A stretch of 64,000 bases of DNA from Dehalococcoidia bacterium. GTDB lineage: Bacteria > Chloroflexota > Dehalococcoidia > UBA2979. The translations under genes were made by a program, and so were the position numbers. The stretch covers positions 1 through 64,000 of the forward strand of contig CAXXDN010000001.1 of assembly GCA_963667465.2 (NCBI GenBank), read 5' to 3'. The notes under the pieces were generated by a model. It saw only the letters and a list, made by a program, of their open reading frames with translations. It was not told the origin of the DNA and searched no databases. Positions 1 to 8,154 of this stretch are shown one piece after another (the first letter of the stretch is position 1; each line of letters starts with the position of its first letter).

Positions 1-160
1 GGGTGAGGGATCGGAAGGGGATCCGGCCCCCTCTCCCCTCGCCGGAGCGGGCGGGGTGTGAGGGGGTCGAAATTGAATACGTAACAAAGTTGGGAGCCTA
101 CGGCCTCACCGTCGCCGCCGCCTTCGCGGTAGCGCTCGCGGTGCTGCTGTCCGTCTCCAC
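1..160. repeat. Left arm of ~160 bp inverted repeat (partner 7715-7875)
   Basis: 1-160 matches the reverse complement of 7715-7875 apart from a few homopolymer-type differences. It covers a REP-like unit and the signal-peptide coding region. Confidence 0.9.
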
Positions 161-1982
161 GACGCAGACGGCCGAGGCGGCAACGGTCCGCTGACCACCA
201 ATCGTGCCGACGTCGAGCCGGGCGACACGGTGATCATCCCCCGGCCAGGCCGGGGCCGAAATCGTGAACTACGCGATCGTTGGCGGCACGGCCACCGGCA
301 GCTTCGCCGTGGGCGGCGAGCAGACGCTGTCCTGTAGCGACTCGACGACGGGCCGTGGCTGTGACACCAACACCGCACCGGACACCATCAGTGTCAAGCT
401 GAACGTCGACGCCGACTCACCGGACGGCTACATCCAGGTCACCCGTACCCAGGTGCTTCCGGTCGCGAGCGCCGCTCCGGAGACTGTGGTCATTACGGTC
501 ACCACGCAGCCGAGGCCGGTTTCGGTGACACTGACTCGGAGTACGCCGACAATTGATGCCTCTGCCGATGCCAGTGACACCTCGGTGATTACGGCGACGA
601 TCAAGTTCGACAAGACGCCGAACGCTGCCGCCAACAGTGATGAGACTCTCACGTTCATCACCACGCTTGGGTCGTTCACTACTTGTGGTGAGAATACAGG
701 CCAGAACACCCAGGTTTGTGCTGACGTTGACGCGGAGCTCGTCGACACCAACGACGACGAAACGATGGACGCCGCCCGGGCTACGGTCACGCTCAGTGGT
801 GCGAATCGCGAGGGCACGGCGGTCATCACCACCACCCACGCGAGTGTTGACCCTGCGACCACCGAGGTCACGCTCTTCGGCGACGCCAAGAACCTTACGG
901 CTGAGGCCGAGCAGGGCTCGGTCGAGATCGGCGGCAACGTGTTCGTCGTTCTCACCGTCACGGACAGCGCGGGTAACCCGGTTTCCGGTGCCCAGCCTGT
1001 GCCGGGTGACAAGGAAGTTGTCGGCCCGAACGACGACGCCACCTTGGTCACGACCGGCAAGACTGACTCGTTCACGGAAGGTGGAGGCGTTACGTCGCCG
1101 TACAACGTCGACCACAACGTCGACAACACGGCCAGCAAGAGCATCCCGGCCTGTGGTGACGACGTAAGGACGCCGGTCGACGATGGAGAGGGGACCTTGT
1201 CGCAGCTGTTCGCCACTGCCTCGTCCGGTACGAACGGCAAGGGCCAGTGTGTCGTCCAGGTGAAAGCTCCGAAGAAGGCCGACGGAGCCGCGAAGGACGC
1301 GACGCGCGGTGTGCACACGGTGAACTTCGCGCTCGGCGCCAAGCTCAAGGCTGCGGTCGAGGTCACGGTCGCCGGTGGGCCGGCCGCCATCGAGAGCGAT
1401 GCTCCCGAGTACGTCGACCCGCTGAGCGACACGACGATCACGGTGACGGTGCTTGACGACGAGGGTGTCCTCGTCGGAGCGACCGACATCAACGTGATCA
1501 TGGTCGCCGGCGACGGCCTCGTCGAGGGTGCGGCGACGGACGACGACGCGAAGACCAAGAACGGTTCGTCGACGTTCAGCTACGCCGCCGGCCTCGAGGG
1601 TCAGGTTGTCTTCCGCGTCATCGCCGGTACCGGTACTGGCGCGATCAGGGACATCATCACGCTGCAGATCGGCGAGGCGATGCCGGATGAGCCGGACATG
1701 CCGGCCATGCCTGACGGCGACGCCACGCTGACGGTCCAGGGCAACCTGGGTAGCTTCAGCGGCGGCTCGGTCGAGGCTCTCCACTCGGCTGCCGAGGCGG
1801 CTTGTGCCGGTGGCGCGCAGATCGCCGCCCAGGACGCCGATGGCACCTGGCACCTCTACGGCACCACCGCCATCGCGATCGCGAACAGCCTGTTCAATGC
1901 GGCCTTCGCGGACGGCTTCGACGGTATGACCTTGATCTGGGTCACCAGCTGTGAGGCCGACGCCATGGAGAGCGAGGGCTAG
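66..1982 (+). CDS. Secreted Ig-like (invasin/Big-type) surface or S-layer-like protein, copy A; 5' end broken by two compensating indels (~190 and the C-run at 238-242)
   Basis: Signal peptide YVTKLGAYGLTVAAAFAVALAVLLSVST in ORF 3..194. Frame 2 (191-241) reads LTTNRADVEPGDTVIIP, then ORF 264..1982 has T/V/G-rich beta domains (VLTVTDSAGNPVSG) and a C-terminus shared with copy B. The start codon is uncertain, and the indels may be sequencing errors near the window edge. Confidence 0.7.
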
Positions 1983-2025
1983 GGCGCGCAGCGCTCCAGC
2001 CTGAGAACTCCAACGGAGTAGACAC

Positions 2026-2066
2026 GGACCCCGGGATCCCGGCTTCGGCCGGGGTTCCGGGGAACC
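2026..2066 (+). terminator. GC-rich hairpin between the surface gene and the small gene (attenuator or mRNA-stabilising stem)
   Basis: ggaccccgggatcccggc-ttcg-gccggggttccggggaacc; mirrored at ~5741-5780 in copy B. Confidence 0.55.
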
Positions 2067-2114
2067 GTCTTCCACTCCCCAGCAAGCCCGGCAAGCCCGG
2101 CAAGGAGAAACCGA

Positions 2115-2639
2115 ATGATTCGAACGATTGGACCGGCCAGGCTCGGCTTCGCGGCGGCGCTCCTCGCGCTGCTGCTCGGCCCGCTTGCGCTCGGCTTCCA
2201 CACCGCGCACGCGCAGGGCCCGGACACGGCCCAGTACTACGGCACCGGCCTCAGCGAGGGCGACACCGTCGCCGCCTCGATCGACGGCACCGAGTGCGGC
2301 AGCACCACCGCCAACGCCGCCGGCGAGTGGGTCGTCCAGGTCGGCCAGGGCGACTGTTCGCCCGAGAACGGCGCCACCGTCAGCTTCTCGCTGAACGGCG
2401 ACGCCGCCGAGCAGACCGCGACGTGGTCAGCCGGCGACCTCTCCGAGGTCACCCTGACCGTCTCGGCCATGCCCGACGACGGCGCCATGCCCGATCTGCC
2501 GGCAGAGCCTGACACCGGCAACGCCGGCCTCGTCGGCAGCGCTGGCAGCGCTGGCACCTCGCTGCTGGCGTTGGCCCTCGGCAGCCTCGCGCTCGCCGGC
2601 CTCGCCGCCGCGCGCCTCGCCACGCGCCGCGTCAGCTAA
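2115..2639 (+). CDS. Small secreted protein with C-terminal sortase-like sorting signal, copy A
   Basis: RBS aaggag; signal peptide ending AHA; two Cys; C-terminal PDTGNAG, then a hydrophobic helix and an RRVS basic tail. Confidence 0.8.
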   Translation: MIRTIGPARLGFAAALLALLLGPLALGFHTAHAQGPDTAQYYGTGLSEGDTVAASIDGTECGSTTANAAGEWVVQVGQGDCSPENGATVSFSLNGDAAEQTATWSAGDLSEVTLTVSAMPDDGAMPDLPAEPDTGNAGLVGSAGSAGTSLLALALGSLALAGLAAARLATRRVS

Positions 2640-2661
2640 CCCTCGGCCCCGTGCCGATTGC

Positions 2662-2692
2662 GAAGCGCCCCCGGCAACGGGGGCGCTTCTTC
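2662..2692 (+). terminator. Intrinsic terminator of operon A
   Basis: gaagcgcccccg-gcaa-cgggggcgcttc followed by ttc; identical inverted copy at 5131-5158. Confidence 0.75.
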
Positions 2693-2694
2693 GT

Positions 2695-2870
2695 GTCCGC
2701 CATCGCCTGCCCTCGCTGGCCGCGCTGGCCGCGCTGGCGCGCGGACCCCCTCACCCCCGCCCTCTCCCGCGAGGGGAGAGGGAGCCGGATCTCTTCCGCG
2801 GCGGGCGTTGGATCCCCCTCCGATCCCCTCTCCCCCGGCGGGAGAGGGTTAGGGTGAGGGGGACTCCGGC
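2695..2870. repeat. REP-like composite repeat, left flank of the DUF559 gene
   Basis: gtccgccatcgcctgccctcgctggccgcgctgg...ccccctcacccccgccctctcccgcgaggggagagggagccggat recurs at 3206-3266 joined to 4755-4783. 2815-2868 recurs at ~4826-4880. Confidence 0.85.
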
Positions 2871-3214
2871 GGTGACTCGCGGAGTTCCTGGGCGATCGCT
2901 TCGAGCACGGAGGGCAGGCGCAGCAGCACATCGCCGTTCCAGAACCGCAGCACCCGGTAACCGCGCGACTCCAGCCAGCGTGTGCGCCGGGCATCGTATG
3001 CCCGGCGGCCGGCGTGTTGCCCTCCGTCCAGCTCGACGATCAGCTTCCGCTCGTGACTTGCGAAGTCGGCGATGTAGGAGCCGATCGGCGCCTGGCGGCG
3101 GAATCTGACGCCCTCGAGGCGGCGATCCCGGAGCTTCCACCAGAGGGCGCGCTCGGCGTCCGTGGATTGCCGCCTGAGGCGCCGTGCCCTGGCCCTGGAC
3201 CGGTCGTCCGCCAT
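2849..3214 (-). CDS. DUF559 / Vsr-like PD-(D/E)XK endonuclease
   Basis: ARRLRRQSTDAERALWWKLR...FRRQAPIGSYIADF...LIVELDGGQH...YDARRTRWLESRGYRVLRFWN, the characteristic DUF559 motifs. Confidence 0.92.
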   Translation of the reverse strand: MADDRSRARARRLRRQSTDAERALWWKLRDRRLEGVRFRRQAPIGSYIADFASHERKLIVELDGGQHAGRRAYDARRTRWLESRGYRVLRFWNGDVLLRLPSVLEAIAQELRESPPESPSP

Positions 3215-3274
3215 CGCCTGCCCTCGCTGGCCGCGCTGGCGCGCGGCGCCCCCTCACCCCCGCCCTAATGGGGT

Positions 3275-3475
3275 TCGACCGGACCCTGGAGCGATCTGGG
3301 AGACTGGTCTTGGACCGGCCGGCCGGTGAGCACTGCCCCTCCCCGAGACACTGCGATCTCCAGGGAGAGACCGTGCCCCGGCTGGTGCGTCCGGGTGGTC
3401 CACAGCACTCCTGGGGTGTCGTGCCCGAGAGCACTGGTCCATTAGGCCGTCGCAGGACCAGCCCGGCAGGTCGCA
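3275..3475 (+). ncRNA. Predicted IS110 bridge RNA (target-binding loop and donor-binding loop); ends approximate
   Basis: Target loop: cccctccc (3336-3343) and gggagag (3363-3369, reverse complement of target CTctccc). Donor loop: cctggggtgtc (3410-3420, identical to right end 4745-4755) and ccattag (3439-3445, reverse complement of CTaatgg). Each pair flanks a small hairpin and is closed by a stem. Confidence 0.85.
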
Positions 3476-3509
3476 AACAGCAGCACGAAGCGCAGGAAAG
3501 CGAGGCACG

Positions 3510-4733
3510 ATGACCCTCTACGTCGGTGACGACTGGTCCGAAGACCACCACGATGTCCAGCTCATGAACGAGGCCGGCGAACGGCTCGCCGCCAGGCGGC
3601 TGCCCGAGGGCGTCGCGGGCGTCGCCGTGCTGCACGAACTGGTTGCCGAGCACGCCTCAGACCCGGGCGCGGTCGTGGTCGGCATCGAGACCGACCGCGG
3701 ACCCTGGGTCACGGCCCTGCTCGCGGCCGGCTACCGCGTCTACGCGATCAACCCCCGCTCGGCGGCGCGCTACCGTGAGCGTCACCACCTGGGCGGCGCC
3801 AAGTCCGACGCCGCCGACGCGAAGCTGCTCGCCGACCTCGTGCGCACCGACCGCCACAACCACCGTCCGCTGGCCGGCGACAGCGACGAGGCTGCCGCGG
3901 TGCGCATCCTCGCCCGCGCCCACCAGCAGCTGATCTGGGACCGCGTGCGCCAGACCAACCGGCTGCGCAACGCCCTCAGGGAGTATTTCCCGGCTGCCCT
4001 GCAGGCCTTCCCCAGCCTCGCGCACGGCGACGCCCTGGGCGTGCTGGCGCGGGCGAGCGAGCCGCGCGAGGCGGCGCGCCTGAGCACGTCGAAGATCCGC
4101 TCGGCGCTGCGCCGCGGCGGACGTCAGCGCAACCTCGAGCGGCGCGCCGCCGCGGTGCGCGACGCGCTGCGCTCCCCGCAACTCGAGGCGCCGCCTGCCG
4201 TGAGCCGGGCGTTCGCCGCGAGCACCCGCGCGGCGGTCGCGCAGATCAGCGAGATCAACCGTCAGCTTACGGAGCTCGAGGCCGCGCTCACGAGCCATTT
4301 TGAGCAGCACCCGGACGCCGCAATCTACCGTTCCCTGCCCGGTCTCGGTGTCGTGCTCGGCGCCCGGGTGCTCGGCGAGTTCGGGGACGACCCCGAACGC
4401 TACGAGTCGGCGAAGTCCCGCAGGAACTACGCCGGCACCTCGCCGCTCACCGTAGCATCGGGCCGCAAGCGCAGCGTGCGCGCCCGCTTCGTGCGCAACC
4501 GCCGGCTCGCCGACGCCGTGGACCGCTGGGCGCTCTGCTCGCTGCAGGCGAGCCCCGGCTGCCATGACTTCTACCACCGCCGCCGCGCCGCGGGCGACCT
4601 CCACCACCAGGCGCTGCGCGCTCTCGGCAACCGCCTCGTCGGCTACCTCCACGGCTGCCTGAAGGCACGTCGCCCCTACGACGAGGCCACCGCCTGGGCG
4701 CACCGCCACGACCGCGAACAGCTCGCCGCTTGA
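3510..4733 (+). CDS. IS110 family DEDD transposase / bridge recombinase
   Basis: YVGDDWSEDHHDV, VGIET, YAINP, KSDAADAKLLA, SLPGLGVVLGARVLGEFGD, YAGTSPLTVASG (catalytic Ser). Confidence 0.96.
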   Translation: MTLYVGDDWSEDHHDVQLMNEAGERLAARRLPEGVAGVAVLHELVAEHASDPGAVVVGIETDRGPWVTALLAAGYRVYAINPRSAARYRERHHLGGAKSDAADAKLLADLVRTDRHNHRPLAGDSDEAAAVRILARAHQQLIWDRVRQTNRLRNALREYFPAALQAFPSLAHGDALGVLARASEPREAARLSTSKIRSALRRGGRQRNLERRAAAVRDALRSPQLEAPPAVSRAFAASTRAAVAQISEINRQLTELEAALTSHFEQHPDAAIYRSLPGLGVVLGARVLGEFGDDPERYESAKSRRNYAGTSPLTVASGRKRSVRARFVRNRRLADAVDRWALCSLQASPGCHDFYHRRRAAGDLHHQALRALGNRLVGYLHGCLKARRPYDEATAWAHRHDREQLAA

Positions 4734-4754
4734 CGCCTTAGCACCCTGGGGTGT

Positions 4755-5115
4755 CTCTCCCGCGAGGGGAGAGGGAGCCGGATTGTCCCTTACCCGCACC
4801 GTCTCCGGCGAGGGGAGGGAGCCGGTCCCCTCCGATCCCCTCTCCCCCGGAGGGAGAGGGTTAGGGTGAGGGGGACTCCGGATCCCCTTCCGATCCCCTC
4901 TCCCCCGGCGGGAGAGCCAATGTGTTGTGGGGGGAGCCCCCACACCCCCGAGGGTGAGGGGGACTCCGGCGCAGCCGGAGCGCGCGCGCCTCGAGGACTG
5001 TTGCGCCGCCGCAGGCTCCTCGCGCGGCGGGCGTCGGACCCCCTCACCCCCGCCCTCTCCCGCGAGGGGAGAGGGGGCCGGAGCCTCCGCACCTGCACCC
5101 TCTCCGGCGAGAGAG
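4755..5115. repeat. Cluster of REP-like palindromes
   Basis: Several ccctctccc..gggagaggg hairpin units (4757-4776, 4836-4875, 4894-4915, 5039-5077, 5097-5114) plus a ggggggagcccccacacccc unit. Confidence 0.8.
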
Positions 5116-5130
5116 CGAGCCGGACACGAA

Positions 5131-5158
5131 GAAGCGCCCCCGTTGCCGGGGGCGCTTC
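5131..5158 (-). terminator. Intrinsic terminator of operon B
   Basis: gaagcgcccccgttgccgggggcgcttc, the inverted twin of 2662-2689. Confidence 0.75.
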
Positions 5159-5180
5159 GCAATCGGCCGGTGGCCGAAGG

Positions 5181-5699
5181 TTAGCTGACGCGGCGCGTGG
5201 CGAGGCGCGCGACGGCGAGGCCGGCGAGCGCGAGGCTGCCGAGGGCCAGCGCGAGCAACGAGGTGCCAGCGCTGCCAGCGCCGAGCAGTCCGGCGTTGCC
5301 GGTGTCAGGCTCGGCCGGCAGATCGGGCATGGCGCCGTCGTCGGGCATGGCGGCGACGGTCAGGGTGACCTCGGAGAGGTCGCCTGCGGACCACGTCGCG
5401 GTCTGCTCGGCGGCGTCGCCGTTGACCGTGAAGCTGACGGTGTCGCCGTTCTCAGGCGAGCAGTCGTCCTGGCCGACCTGGATGCTCCACCCCTCGGCGG
5501 TGGCGGTGTCGCTGCCGCACTCCGTGCCATCGATCGAGGCGGTGACGATGTCGCCAGCGCTGAGGTTCTGGCCGTAGTACGAGGCCACGTCGGGACCCTG
5601 CGCGTGCGCGGTGTGGAAGCCGAGCGCAAGCGGGCCGAGCAGCAGCGCGAGAAGCGCCGCGGCGAAGCCGAGCCTGGCCGGTCCAATCGTTCGAATCAT
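5181..5699 (-). CDS. Small secreted protein with PDTG sortase-like sorting signal, copy B
   Basis: N-terminus identical and C-terminus nearly identical to 2115..2639, central part diverged (DVASYYGQNLSAGD vs DTAQYYGTGLSEGD). Confidence 0.8.
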   Translation of the reverse strand: MIRTIGPARLGFAAALLALLLGPLALGFHTAHAQGPDVASYYGQNLSAGDIVTASIDGTECGSDTATAEGWSIQVGQDDCSPENGDTVSFTVNGDAAEQTATWSAGDLSEVTLTVAAMPDDGAMPDLPAEPDTGNAGLLGAGSAGTSLLALALGSLALAGLAVARLATRRVS

Positions 5700-5823
5700 T
5701 CGGTTTCTCCTTGCCGGGCTTGTTTGGAGAGTGGAATACGGTTCCCCGGAACCCCGGCCGAGGCCGGGATTCCGGGGTCCGTCGCTACTCCTGCGGAGTT
5801 CTCAGACTGGAGCGCTGCGCGCC

Positions 5824-7818
5824 CTAGCCTTCGCTCCCCATGGAGCCTTCGCTGTCCATGGCGTCCGCTTCACAGCTGGAGACCCAGACGAAGGTCATAC
5901 CGTCGAAGCCGTCCGCGAATGCCGTGGTGAACCCGATGATCGCGAACGCCGGAGCGGTGCTGCTCCAGAGGTGCCATTCGCCATCGGCGTCCTGGACAGC
6001 GATCTGCGAGCCGCCGGGGCACTCAGCCGCGGCAGCAGCCGCGAAGGCATCGAGCGAGCCGCCGCTGAAGCTACCAATGTTGCCCTGGACGGTCAGCGTG
6101 GCGTCGCCGTCAGGCATGGCCGGCATGTCCGGCTCCTCCGGCATCGCCTCGCCGACCTCGATCAGGATCTGCTCGCGAGCAGTCTGCGTGGTTCCTCGAG
6201 TGCCATCCGCCTTCTCGTTCCACGTCCGAACGAGGAACTGAGCAGTGCCCGAGCTGGACGGTGCGAGGTAGCTGAACTTCGCACGGCCGTCGGACGTGCG
6301 TCCGGATACGGCGCTGGTAAACACGCCGTCGTCGCTGACCTTGACCACCGAGTAGTGGACCGAGCCCACACGGACGTCCTCGTCGTCGAGCACGGTCAGG
6401 TTCACCGTGATCTCACTCAGCGGGTCCATCCGCTCGGGAGCGTCGCTCGTGATCGTGGCCGGCGCACCGCCGATCTCGATCTCGACCGTCACGTCCGCGG
6501 AGCCGTCGGCTGCCGGCCCGGCGATGGTGATGGTGTGCGTGCCGCGCGTGGTGTCGTCCGCAGTCGACGCGGTGTTGGCACCGGCCGTCGTCACCTGGAT
6601 GACGCACTTACCGGCGGCGTTGGTGCCGTTACCCGTCCACCATAGGGACTCGTTAACATCAGTGCCGTCGACGTCCACTCGGTCAGGGGCGTCGCCACAG
6701 GCAGGCAGGTCACCCGCGCCCGCTGCGAGGCCGCCGATGGGGGCGACATCCTTGTCGGCGACGTTGCGCACTACCACCTCGTTGGAACGGGCCTCCGGGC
6801 CGACGACGCCGCTCGCGCCGCTCTTGACGTCGACCGGGTGCCCGGCGACGGCGTTGCCGCCTGCGTCCGTCGCGGTCACGACGATGAACGTGCTGCCGCC
6901 GATCTGGAGGGCCGTCTGCTCGGCAGCCGCCGTGATCGTCTTGGCCGCGCCGTACATCACGATGTCGGCGGTCTGGGTCAGCGTGCTGCCTGCCAGCCGC
7001 ACCGTGATGGTCGCGATGTCCGCCACGCCGCCAGCGGTGAACTTCACGGCTGCATAGCCAGCACCATCCACGTCTTCATCCCCAGTATCGGTGCTGGTGG
7101 TGACGGTGCCGACCTGGGTGCCGCTGCCGTCGAACTCGATGCCACCTGTAACGTCAGTCCAACCGTCGGGGGCGTCGTCTAGGCCCTCGAGTTCCCCATG
7201 ACTGGCGATGACCGTCAGGGCCTTCCCACCGATGCCCTTGCCGTTCTGGTCGGTGAGACGGAACGTGAGCGTGCTTTCGTCCGCAGTATCCGAGCCCTCA
7301 CCAGCGCTGATGGCCTTCGGCGAAGGGCTCGCCGTGAGCTTGGTCGGCACCGGTGCGACGCTGACAGCCAGCTCGTCGGCGGTGGTGACACCGGTCGCCA
7401 GCACGGTCTGCTTGACGATGATCCCGCCAGAGCCGGAATCCTTATCGATCTTCACCGCCACGGTGGTGCCGTCGGCGGTGTTGGCGTCACACGTTCCGGT
7501 AGTCGTCGCGGGCGAGCAGTAGAGGGTCTGTCCGTCGTTCTGTGCACTCGAGTGCGTGAACGACGCGGACGCGTTCCCAATCGCCGTGATCTCGTACAGG
7601 ACGAAGCCCCCAGCGCCGTTATGGATGTAGACGGTGTCGCCGTTGTTCTTCTTGATCGGGGTGTCCAGGGGGCTGCCTGTGGCAGTGTCCCGCACCTCCG
7701 CCTCGACCGTGGAAGTGGAGACGGACAGCAGCACCGCGAGCGCTACCGCGAAGGCGGCGGCGACGGTGAGGCCGTAGGCTCCCAACTTTGTTACGTATTC
7801 AATTTCGACCCCCCTCAA
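5824..7818 (-). CDS. Secreted Ig-like (invasin/Big-type) surface or S-layer-like protein, copy B
   Basis: 664-aa ORF with signal peptide, Big_1-like FRLTDQNGKGIGG and VTATDAGGNAVAG, and a C-terminal PDGDATLTVQGN...SCEADAM domain shared with copy A. Start codon uncertain. Confidence 0.8.
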   Translation of the reverse strand: MRGVEIEYVTKLGAYGLTVAAAFAVALAVLLSVSTSTVEAEVRDTATGSPLDTPIKKNNGDTVYIHNGAGGFVLYEITAIGNASASFTHSSAQNDGQTLYCSPATTTGTCDANTADGTTVAVKIDKDSGSGGIIVKQTVLATGVTTADELAVSVAPVPTKLTASPSPKAISAGEGSDTADESTLTFRLTDQNGKGIGGKALTVIASHGELEGLDDAPDGWTDVTGGIEFDGSGTQVGTVTTSTDTGDEDVDGAGYAAVKFTAGGVADIATITVRLAGSTLTQTADIVMYGAAKTITAAAEQTALQIGGSTFIVVTATDAGGNAVAGHPVDVKSGASGVVGPEARSNEVVVRNVADKDVAPIGGLAAGAGDLPACGDAPDRVDVDGTDVNESLWWTGNGTNAAGKCVIQVTTAGANTASTADDTTRGTHTITIAGPAADGSADVTVEIEIGGAPATITSDAPERMDPLSEITVNLTVLDDEDVRVGSVHYSVVKVSDDGVFTSAVSGRTSDGRAKFSYLAPSSSGTAQFLVRTWNEKADGTRGTTQTAREQILIEVGEAMPEEPDMPAMPDGDATLTVQGNIGSFSGGSLDAFAAAAAAECPGGSQIAVQDADGEWHLWSSTAPAFAIIGFTTAFADGFDGMTFVWVSSCEADAMDSEGSMGSEG

Positions 7819-7952
7819 CCCCGCCCGCTCCGGCGAGGGGAGAGGGGGCCGGATCCCCTTCCGATCCCCTCACCCTCCGCCCTCTCCCGCAAGGGGCGAG
7901 GGGACCCGGACCGGACACTCACCCCCGCCCTCTCGCGAGGGGAGAGAGGGGC
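7715..7952. repeat. Right arm of the inverted repeat with 1-160, plus further REP-like units
   Basis: Reverse complement of 1-160; additional ccctcaccc..ccctctcccgc..ggggcgagggg units at ~7866-7905 and ~7918-7952. Confidence 0.85.
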
Positions 7953-7989
7953 CGGATCCCGATCGCCCGCCCGTGGTGACACGAAGCGC

Positions 7990-8021
7990 TTGACTCGTCC
8001 TTGGCACGCATGTTCTAGTAC
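7990..8021 (+). promoter_or_regulatory. Putative sigma70 promoter region with a degenerate Gram-positive-type SOS box, upstream of the phage-like operon
   Basis: TTGACT at 7990-7995; GCAC-gcat-GTTCT at 8004-8016 is one mismatch from GAAC-N4-GTTC; the -10 is weak. Confidence 0.35.
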
Positions 8022-8154
8022 CCAGCGCCGGGACGCCCCTCGCGTACCCCCTGCACGCGGCGGGCGTTCCGGCAGCAGGCGGAGGGAGGCCGGGTGCGAT
8101 GAACGCGGGGACGGGCTCAGGACATCACAGGCAGGGCAGAGCGGAAGGAACGCA

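Larger units (their letters stand above)
3265..4756 (+). mobile_element. Complete IS110-family insertion sequence inserted into a REP-like repeat at a CT core
   Basis: Removing 3267-4756 restores cccccgccCTctcccgcgagggg, identical to the uninterrupted REP at ~2754-2776. CT is present at both junctions (3265-3266, 4755-4756). There are no terminal inverted repeats. Confidence 0.93.

Noticed and set aside
417-2210. Long antisense and alternative-frame ORFs here and throughout (e.g. 9651..11642, 26739..28487, 54223..57315, 60390..62609)
   Set aside because: These are shadows of real genes in high-GC DNA, with R/A/G/P-rich low-complexity translations and no motifs. Only the 54223..55185 part of the 1030-aa ORF is a real gene.
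3510-4733. IS110 protein acting as a Piv-like dedicated invertase for the two surface operons
   Set aside because: The element has complete IS ends, and its guides specify its own donor junction and a REP target, not the conserved blocks of the surface genes. It is best read as a passenger, although incidental rearrangements cannot be excluded.
2695-5115. REP clusters as a CRISPR array
   Set aside because: The repeats are degenerate, in both orientations and irregularly spaced, with no unique constant-length spacers and no cas genes.
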